This document shows positions 56,278 through 64,000 of a DNA stretch of 64,000 nt, piece by piece. A program made the position numbers and the translations under genes. Within the stretch, counting starts at the first letter, position 1. Every line of letters starts with the position of its first letter. This DNA is from a virus. The notes beneath the pieces were generated by a model. That model had not been told where the DNA came from, ran no database searches, and saw nothing but the letters and a program-made list of their open reading frames with translations. The DNA lies in IMG/VR virus record IMGVR_UViG_3300045973_000311, one strand, 5' to 3'.

Positions 56278-56558
56278 GTGTGTACACCCTAGAAACATAC
56301 GTTTTGCATAATCCGCGAACCCGTTAAATTGAATTCACGGAATAGGAATAAAAAACCCGACCCGACCGAGCCGGGAAAACATCGCCAGCGTGAAGCCGGC
56401 AATGCAGAGAGAGACGGAAATGGAAAACGACATCGCCGAGTTGCAGGCACAACTCGAAGCGCTCAGCGAATTTGTTCTGGTGCTGCGCGATGAAATAACT
56501 GCCCTGCGCAATCGCCTTGATGATGCGGACAAGAACGATGCACAAAGGTAATCGGGCA

Positions 56559-56882
56559 TCACGTCTCCCCGTTTTCACGACGGTCATGCAGATCGCGGCG
56601 ATCAGGTTTCCGGCGTTCGCCGTGACGTGGATCTCCGGAGCAGCACTCAACGTGCAGTGCCGGCTGAGATTCGATGGCTTGACTGCTTTCTGGAAATACC
56701 TTGGAAAAATAGTCATAAAGTTTCTGGACGGTATGCACCGAAGGATTGGTGATCGAAACTTGCGCGATCTTGGCCACCGTCGAAAAAGGTACGCCGGAAT
56801 CTCGCGCCACGACCTTCTGCGGGATCTTCTTCCTGCGCAGGTGACCGAGAACGACGTCGTAAAAGTTGATGTGTGGGTCCAT
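56559..56882 (-). CDS. Cro-like regulator (repeat copy)
   Basis: Same translation as 19081..19404. Confidence 0.8.
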   Translation of the reverse strand: MDPHINFYDVVLGHLRRKKIPQKVVARDSGVPFSTVAKIAQVSITNPSVHTVQKLYDYFSKVFPESSQAIESQPALHVECCSGDPRHGERRKPDRRDLHDRRENGET

Positions 56883-56958
56883 GGGCATAGATCGTATAGC
56901 CATCTATGGCTAAACGCAATAGCCGCACATGGCTTTTGATAAGCGAGAAAATCCATAT

Positions 56959-57414
56959 ATGGACATCACAAAAATCATTTCTAAGAATTTAGACGCATGG
57001 ATGAACAACAATCCAGCGTTGGATACTATTCAAAAATTGGAGGACAAATCCGGAGTCGGATTTGGGACTATTCGCCGCACCCGAAAAGGCGAGGGCAATA
57101 TAACCGTCGAAAAATTGGCGTCTATCGCTTTAGCTTTCAAGCGTCATCCGGCAGAACTGCTCATTGAGGCGGCGGGCGATGCTAAGGCCCAGTTTTCTGT
57201 AGACGCCTCTTCCGTCACAGACAGTACTGCACGTCATGTTGCCGAACAATCTCCTGCCCCACCGTTTATTTTACGATCACCACGTCAGCGCAATATCGAT
57301 GAAATTCAGGACGTATTAGAGCGAATTAATGATTCTGGAATAGTAGCCATCCTGGAATTTTCAAAGCATGTTGCTCGAGACCAGCCACTCGACGTATCGA
57401 AAACGCTAACGTAA
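56959..57414 (+). CDS. CI-like repressor (repeat copy)
   Basis: Same translation as 19481..19936. Confidence 0.8.
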   Translation: MDITKIISKNLDAWMNNNPALDTIQKLEDKSGVGFGTIRRTRKGEGNITVEKLASIALAFKRHPAELLIEAAGDAKAQFSVDASSVTDSTARHVAEQSPAPPFILRSPRQRNIDEIQDVLERINDSGIVAILEFSKHVARDQPLDVSKTLT

Positions 57415-57492
57415 TAAATTTAAAGGATTACCGCAGTGAAAATTTATGACCAAAGGGATATTATAAATAGGTCATATTTAACGGAACATGGC

Positions 57493-57921
57493 ATGAAATC
57501 ACTAATATTCCCGGTCGTCGTGTTACTGACTTTAGCCGGGTGTTCGTTTGCGCCTGTAAGTGAGCTTAGAAATCTGCAACCTACGCGAACAGCACTGTTC
57601 AGCGTTGACTATGAAGATCTCGGATCGTGCGTAATAGAGGGTTGGCAAATTGGCGAGAGCGATGGCGGAACACTTGGTCCTGGAAACTTGGTCTACGAGA
57701 TCATCATTCGCAGAACAAAAGGCATCATGTACGTAACAAGTAGAGCACCCGGACGTGACTTTGTATTACTGGATACAACGTTTTCAAAAACTGGAAATGG
57801 GCAGACAACGGTCGACATGCGACAGGGGTTAGTAAACGGTGGACCGGCTAGGGGACCAAGATTGATTGCAGAAAAGTCATGGCCGACCATCGAGAAATGC
57901 GCGAAAGAGCTAACTAATTAG
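57493..57921 (+). CDS. Lipoprotein (repeat copy)
   Basis: Same translation as 20015..20443. Confidence 0.7.
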   Translation: MKSLIFPVVVLLTLAGCSFAPVSELRNLQPTRTALFSVDYEDLGSCVIEGWQIGESDGGTLGPGNLVYEIIIRRTKGIMYVTSRAPGRDFVLLDTTFSKTGNGQTTVDMRQGLVNGGPARGPRLIAEKSWPTIEKCAKELTN

Positions 57922-58683
57922 CCTTATTCAATCAGCGCCAGCGTAGCTAGGACGCCGCCCAGCTTAGCCTGGGCCATTTTTTTGTAAAAATATAGCCATA
58001 GATGGCTTGACAGCATTAGCCATGAATGGCTATTCTGCTTTCGTACTAACAACCGGAGGCAGTCATGGCCACTCAACGCAACCCCATAGAATCACCCGAC
58101 AAGCTGTTCCGCTTGCCCTATGCATCTGAGTTTTACGTCTGCTCCTGCGGCGCTATCGAGCGTAACGATTGCACCTGTGACCAGGAGACCGTGGTCACCA
58201 TGCACCGCAATCCCCACACCGCCGATCCTGATCTCGTTCAATGGCTAGCGACACTGAGTGAGCCTTTCACCATTGATCAAGCCATTGCGGCGCTGGGCCT
58301 AGCCAATATAGCTGCCAACAGCAGCGCTCATCGGATAGGGGCGGTGCTGGCGGCCTTCAATGAACTCAGGAAATGCGCCGCCCATCGCGACGAAGCGACC
58401 GGCCTATTCATTCCGCCTTCGGCCGAAACCTTATCTGGTCTACATCTACGCCGGCCTGCACATAGTCAATTACGGCCTGCAGCACAGCAACTGTCTCCGG
58501 CGTTGCCTGCTGATCATCGCGAACCGTCACCAGCGTCGCATGCAGGTCATCAATCAGCGCCTGCCGATTTTCAAGCTGGTCCGCTATTGCCCCAGCAATC
58601 AGCTTGATCGCTTCCGTCATCGATTCGAAATCCGTCATCGCACCCGCCCGTAAATGAAATCAGCATCTTATCAGGAGCCCACC

Positions 58684-59280
58684 ATGACCCACCCCTTAGC
58701 CTCACTAAAACGCCGTCTCGAACGCTGGGAACTTGACCACCTTCGCCAGCTCGCCTCTGATCTTGCCTACCGTCTCGAGCGCGCTGAAGAAGACGCCCGC
58801 AGCGAACGTAAGATCGCCGACTACTGGAACGATCAGGCCACCAGCATGATGCGTGATCTGATGGAAGATAGCGAAACCATCGGTCTGACTAAAGTCGGTA
58901 CAGTCGGCGTGATCGACATAACTGCCCTAATTCGTCTCCCCGACCTTGCCACCGGCGAGCGCTACCTGTGCGGCATCGTCAACGACGACGGCACCATCAC
59001 GCATTCCATCCTCCTGCCCGGCGACAACGATCGGGCAGGCTGGGTAGCTCAGAAAGAATGGGCAGCCAGCATCGGCGGCAACCTCCTGAACCGCACCGAA
59101 CTGCTTGCCGGCTACGAAAAGATGCCGGAAGAGTTTCAAAAAGAGGCGTACTGGTCGGAATCAAATCACGTCTCGGCCTCTGGTTATGCCTGGTCCCAGG
59201 ATTTCCACCTTGGCTACCAGTACTACAGCACCACCGACGACGAGCTCCGCGCCCGAGCCGTCCGCAGATTGACCATTTAG
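58684..59280 (+). CDS. DGR target 2 (repeat copy; VR at 59167..59265)
   Basis: Same translation as 21206..21802; VR read and identical. Confidence 0.9.
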   Translation: MTHPLASLKRRLERWELDHLRQLASDLAYRLERAEEDARSERKIADYWNDQATSMMRDLMEDSETIGLTKVGTVGVIDITALIRLPDLATGERYLCGIVNDDGTITHSILLPGDNDRAGWVAQKEWAASIGGNLLNRTELLAGYEKMPEEFQKEAYWSESNHVSASGYAWSQDFHLGYQYYSTTDDELRARAVRRLTI

Positions 59281-60042
59281 TCATTCATCAATTTTATTGA
59301 GGTTGATATGGCTACGCGAAACCCACTCCAGATCATCAAGGAAGCCAAACAGATCGCCAGCGATTACGGTGGCTTCATCGTTGAAAAGGCCGGGCGGTTT
59401 CTGGTCTATCGGCGTACCCCAACCCGCAACATCTACGAAGGCTACCGGAGTGACCCGGCCGCGGTGCGCTCCTTCGTTTGCAAGATTTTCAACTTCCACT
59501 AGGAGCCGTCCATGCGTCTGCACTTGTCCGCATTGAAGGTCCATTTAGCGCACTTTGCCGCCACTGGCAGCGGTCGCTACATCGGCCTCCTTTTTACCCC
59601 ATCCGGCATCCCCACGATGGCTACCGTTCCACAGGCCTCCTGATCATGGCCAGCATTCATATCCCAAAAACCGCCGAAGTGCTTGATGCCTTCGCCACTG
59701 CCAAGAATGCCGGTATGCGCCTGTTCATCGATGGCCAGCGCGCCGTAATTGCCCGTGAAAAGCCGGCCAATGGCCTGTGGGCCGAAGTCAAGGTGCGTGT
59801 CGTCGGCCCCCACCATGCCCGGATCCAGGAGGTCGCATGCTCGGTCGCTTGATGAAGTGGATCTATCGAACATTTTTTGGCATCACGAGCAAGGCCAATC
59901 CGGCTGACGAACTGGAGAAGCTCGAGGCCGAGCGCGAGACCTTGCAGGCCGCCTACCAGGGCATCAATCAGGCGCTGATCATCAACCGCAAGCGCATCGA
60001 TACCCTGATCGACCGCCAGATCGAAGACTTGGAGCTATCGCT

Positions 60043-60348
60043 ATGAGCCGCCATGTTGATCATACCGGCGCCTTTGAGATTACGAGCCTACCCGGGCAGT
60101 CTCAGGTCGCCATTTGCCATGGATTCTTCATCAACGAATTGCAGCGCGGCCGTGGGCAAGGAAAGGTACTCAAGGCCCTGCAAAAGCGTGCTTTGCGTAC
60201 GCTGCACTATGATTTTGCCGTGTGCACCGTAGCCGCCGGTAATGAGGCCCAGAAAAAATGCCTCGAGAGCGCTGGCTGGGCAAAGCTGACCGAGTTCCGC
60301 AATCGTCGGAGCAGCGAAACAACGGAAATCTGGGGGGTGCAGCCGTGA
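60043..60348 (+). CDS. GNAT-like protein (repeat copy)
   Basis: Same translation as 22565..22870. Confidence 0.65.
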   Translation: MSRHVDHTGAFEITSLPGQSQVAICHGFFINELQRGRGQGKVLKALQKRALRTLHYDFAVCTVAAGNEAQKKCLESAGWAKLTEFRNRRSSETTEIWGVQP

Positions 60349-61452
60349 CTCTTCCATATCACCCGGCGATTGATCCTAATCGCCCCTTGAGCGACAAAGC
60401 CGCGCGCGGTGGCATCCCAGCCCTGCGATCCGAAGCCATTCGGCTATCAGCCGCCATTGCCGCCTGTTCGGTGCACCTCAAGCACTACCAGGTAAAGGTC
60501 GACGCAGTCCTCGCTGCGATCAACCCGGCACCCACCGTCGATATCGATCCACATCTGACCCCTATTGAACTCGCCCTAAACCCCGGTGTTTTCGACCAGG
60601 CGGAACGCATCGTCATTGCCCTGCAGGCCGTCGACCCTGACCGTTCAGTCGAGGATTGCCTCAACACCATTTTCTGTGCCGGCCTGCTGACGCTGGCCTA
60701 ATAATCTTCTGGAGACTTCATGAGCACTCGAAAAACTATTCTTTCCGCGCTGGCTAAACATGGGCAATGCACTTACGACGACCTCGAACGCCTGACCGGT
60801 ATCGCCCGTGACAAGGCGCGGATCGCCATCAACGATGCTAAAAAAGCCGAGCACGTATCGCTACAGAAAGATGACGTCACTGGCCAGCCTGCTTACAAGA
60901 TAACGCCTACGGGAAAGACCTGGCTGGCGAAAATACCAGCGCCGAAGCTCCTGTCCTGATGGTTTCCGAGATCAAGAGCGCTGCGGCTGAAATTGATGAA
61001 GCAGACCGCTTGGTAATGGGCCCAGCGACAACTGCTTACCTGATTAAATTGGAAGCTGAACTCGCCGACTGGCAGCGCATTGCCGCCACCGTTGGCGTGG
61101 GGACGCCAGATGACCTGCAGACGCACTTGGCCTTCCAAGATGGCGAACTGGTCGACGCCGTCCGCAAGGCAAACGAAGCGCAAGAACAACTTACGGCGCT
61201 GGAAATGGAAGCCGCCGACAAAATTGCTTCATCCCAGCTCGAATCGTCCGACCCAGTTGGCTACGTCGTGGCCAGCCCCAACAAGCCGTTGCGCCGTTTT
61301 CACAAAGCAAGCCCAGCACAGGCCTACGCCTCTTCCTATGCCCGGGCCAACGGCCTGGCTGAAATATTTGCCATCTACCCCCACGCCAAAGCTGTGCGCG
61401 GCGTGGAGTGGAAACCCATCAACAAACCCACTACCGCCTCAAGGAGCGCCCC

Positions 61453-62067
61453 ATGAAATTCACGTTAGAAACAACCCTTCCAGACCTTGGCGCTGCGCTT
61501 GAAGGCGGCTTCTTTGCTGGACGATTCACGGATGACGGCAAGTCATTTTCCTTGATCGTATCGCCCAAGGCCGAAGGTGAAAACAAGCCGGCCATCTGGA
61601 TTCCGAAATATAAGGCGGTCCCCGGCGCCCTGTCCTACGTCGACGGGCAGGCCAATACAAAGGCCATGGCCGACGAAGGTAGTGCCTTGGCCAAGTGGGC
61701 ACTGAAGCTGCACATCAATGATTTCGACGACTGGTATCTGCCCGCCCAGGATGAAGCTGAAATCCTCTACCGAAACCTGAAGCCGACCACCCGCGAAAAC
61801 TATTGCTGGGCCCGCTCCGGTATCAACCTGTCGGCCATTCCGCCGACCCGGCCAAACACCCGAACCTTCCCAGCGCAAACGCCTGTCGCAGCCTTCCAGA
61901 AAGGGGGCAGCGAGGCGTTTGAGGAAGAAGCCTACTGGACCAGCACCCAGCACGTCTCGGCCTCTGATTCTGCCTGGTACCAGGGTTTCACCAATGGCAG
62001 CCAGTCCTGCAGCTACACCGACGGCAAGCTCCGCGCCCGAGCCGTCCGCAGATTAGAAATTTTGTAA
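61453..62067 (+). CDS. DGR target 1 (repeat copy; VR at 61951..62049)
   Basis: Same translation as 23975..24589; VR read and identical. Confidence 0.92.
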   Translation: MKFTLETTLPDLGAALEGGFFAGRFTDDGKSFSLIVSPKAEGENKPAIWIPKYKAVPGALSYVDGQANTKAMADEGSALAKWALKLHINDFDDWYLPAQDEAEILYRNLKPTTRENYCWARSGINLSAIPPTRPNTRTFPAQTPVAAFQKGGSEAFEEEAYWTSTQHVSASDSAWYQGFTNGSQSCSYTDGKLRARAVRRLEIL

Positions 62068-62091
62068 TTTAACCATTCGATTTTCATCAGC

Positions 62092-62445
62092 ATGGCACTC
62101 CACACCTCCCTGCCGATTTATAAGGCGGCCTATACGCTGTTCGATCTGATCACGGATCTTGCCAAGAACATGCCGCGCGATTTCAAGCACAGCATCGGCG
62201 GTAAGCTTCGAGATGAACTAGTCGAGATCCTGGTGCTGATCTTTCGGGCAAATACCGCCCGCGAGAAAGCTATCCACCTCGAAACACTGATCGAGCGCCT
62301 GCAGGTCACTGAATTGCTTCTGCGGCTTTCGCGGGACAAGCACCTGATCTCTACGGGTCAGTATGCCAAAACCGTTGAACTGACGCAGAGCATCGGCCGG
62401 CAGGCCGGTGGATGGCGCCGCTCCTCCGCATCGCCTGTTTCGTAA
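62092..62445 (+). CDS. avd: Avd (repeat copy)
   Basis: Same translation as 24614..24967. Confidence 0.92.
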   Translation: MALHTSLPIYKAAYTLFDLITDLAKNMPRDFKHSIGGKLRDELVEILVLIFRANTAREKAIHLETLIERLQVTELLLRLSRDKHLISTGQYAKTVELTQSIGRQAGGWRRSSASPVS

Positions 62446-62617
62446 TGGTCACGGCCATCATGACTGAGCGACATATCAATCTGGTCTCGCCGCTGGCTCA
62501 CAAGGCCACCGCCATGCGCACCACGGATACCACGGGCAGCAGCCAGGATCGGTCCGGCGCAGTTTCTCCCTTGATCGGCTCAGGCCTTCTCGGGTGCGAC
62601 GTAGATAGCGAGCACAC

Positions 62618-62716
62618 CACGTCTCGGCCTCTGATTATGCCTGGTACCAGAATTTCAACAATGGCAACCAGAACTACAGCAACACCAACAACAAGCTCCG
62701 CGCCCGAGCCGTCCGC
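62618..62716 (+). ncRNA. DGR TR (repeat copy)
   Basis: Read and identical to 25140..25238. Confidence 0.95.
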
Positions 62717-63833
62717 AAATCGATACGCGGCCCACCATGCTGATTTTTCTTTCACCGAGCTCGTTCAGGCCTATTTCGATTGCCGAGAGCACAAGCGCAA
62801 CAGCGCCAGCGCCCTGGCTTTCGAGCAGGATCTTGAGCGCAACCTGTTCCAACTGGATAGCGAGCTGCGTAACGGCAGCTATCGCCCTGGTCGTTCGATC
62901 TGCTTTGTCATCACCCGACCGAAAGCCCGCGAAGTCTGGGCCGCTGATTTTCGCGACCGGATTGTGCATCACCTGTTCTATAACCGGATTTCGCCGCGCT
63001 TTTACGCCTCGTTCATCCCCGACTCCTGCGCTTGCATTCCAGGGCGAGGCACACTGTATGCAGCCCAGCGACTGGAGTCGAAGGTCCGCAGCATTACCCA
63101 GAATTGGAGCCGACCAGCGTATTACCTGAAGCTTGATCTGGCCAATTTCTTTGTCGCCATCGATAAAGGGATTCTCCGGAATCTGATCGCAGCCCGGGTA
63201 GCTGAGCCGTTCTGGTTGCAACTGGCTGAATCCATCCTCTTCCATGATCCACGCCAGGACTTTGAATATCGCGGCGACGTGGCCAAGATGGATCTGGTTC
63301 CAGCACACAAGCGCCTGACCAACCAGCCGGTAACCCTTGGCCTGCCGATAGGCAACCTATCAAGCCAGTTCTTCGCCAACATCTACTTGGACCGGCTTGA
63401 CCAATTCTGCAAGCACCAGCTGAGAGCCCGGCACTACATCCGCTACGTCGACGACTTCATCCTGTTGCACGAATCGCCTGACTGGCTCAATGAGGCCAAG
63501 GGTCGTATCGAGCAGTTTATCGGTGCAACGCTTGCCGCACACATCAACCCCCGCAAGACCATCCTGCAGCCGGTCGACCGCGGCATTGATTTCGTTGGCC
63601 AGGTGATCAAGCCCTGGCACCGCGTTACCCGTCGGCGCACCTTCAAGGCCGCCATCCAGCGCGTCCGCCATATTGCAGCCGGCGATCTGCTCGAGTCCGC
63701 TAACAGTTACTTCGGCCTGTTCCGGCAAGCTGATCACAGCCACCACGACCGCGCCCAGTTCGCCAACGAATTGCGCTATCGCGGCCATTCCATCAAATCT
63801 GACCTAACCAAGACTTATCGGAGGAACGCATGA
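62661..63833 (+). CDS. DGR reverse transcriptase (repeat copy)
   Basis: Same translation as 25183..26355. Confidence 0.95.
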   Translation: MATRTTATPTTSSAPEPSANRYAAHHADFSFTELVQAYFDCREHKRNSASALAFEQDLERNLFQLDSELRNGSYRPGRSICFVITRPKAREVWAADFRDRIVHHLFYNRISPRFYASFIPDSCACIPGRGTLYAAQRLESKVRSITQNWSRPAYYLKLDLANFFVAIDKGILRNLIAARVAEPFWLQLAESILFHDPRQDFEYRGDVAKMDLVPAHKRLTNQPVTLGLPIGNLSSQFFANIYLDRLDQFCKHQLRARHYIRYVDDFILLHESPDWLNEAKGRIEQFIGATLAAHINPRKTILQPVDRGIDFVGQVIKPWHRVTRRRTFKAAIQRVRHIAAGDLLESANSYFGLFRQADHSHHDRAQFANELRYRGHSIKSDLTKTYRRNA

Positions 63834-64000
63834 GCACTACCCACAAAGACTACGACCCGGATGCTCTGCGGGCATCGATCGTGATGGTTGGCATTGACTA
63901 TGCCGCCCCGTCTCCGACAAACCCACGCAAGACGTTCAATGAAACGGAAATGGCTGAGCTCACCGAGAGCATCAAGAAGCATGGCGTGCTGCAGCCGATC
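63830..64000 (+). CDS. ParB-like protein, 5' part truncated by the window edge (repeat copy)
   Basis: Matches 26352..26522. Confidence 0.8.
   Translation, partial: MSTTHKDYDPDALRASIVMVGIDYAAPSPTNPRKTFNETEMAELTESIKKHGVLQPI

Larger units (their letters stand above)
37479..64000. repeat. Direct repeat copy 2 of 1..26522 (second pass through the same phage genome)
   Basis: Identical ORF translations. Both DGR VRs and the TR, read base by base, are identical to copy 1. Confidence 0.98.

Noticed and set aside
37479-64000. Second, independent prophage or recent duplication
   Set aside because: Matches copy 1 even at the VRs, with no att junctions or host DNA; most simply the same molecule.

Overview
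The window is one temperate, lambda-like tailed phage genome of 37,478 bp present about 1.7 times head-to-tail. Positions 37479..64000 repeat 1..26522: the ORF tracks match, both junctions match, and the DGR variable regions I read base by base are identical. No host DNA is visible and the attP is intact (23-nt tRNA-Ser-like 3' end beside the integrase), so this is the excised circular or concatemeric form, or an over-circularised assembly. The minus strand carries cro, cII, primase-helicase, an iteron origin, a putative cos, terminase, a Mor-family activator, and the head, tail and lysis genes. The plus strand carries the repressor, a lipoprotein and an early operon. Main highlights: (1) a complete diversity-generating retroelement (avd-TR-RT) in the repressor-controlled early operon, diversifying two small non-structural, apparently cytoplasmic CLec/DUF1566-like proteins rather than a tail fibre (12 TR/VR mismatches each, all at TR adenines); (2) a duplicated DUF2190-like capsid decoration domain fused to about 770 aa of beta-helix-like sequence, a candidate head spike; (3) a ParB-like protein carrying KOW-like and H-NS-like domains, coupled to the RT; (4) two near-identical late promoters with a dyad box and probably leaderless starts. 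All family assignments come from motif recognition by eye; no database searches were run.
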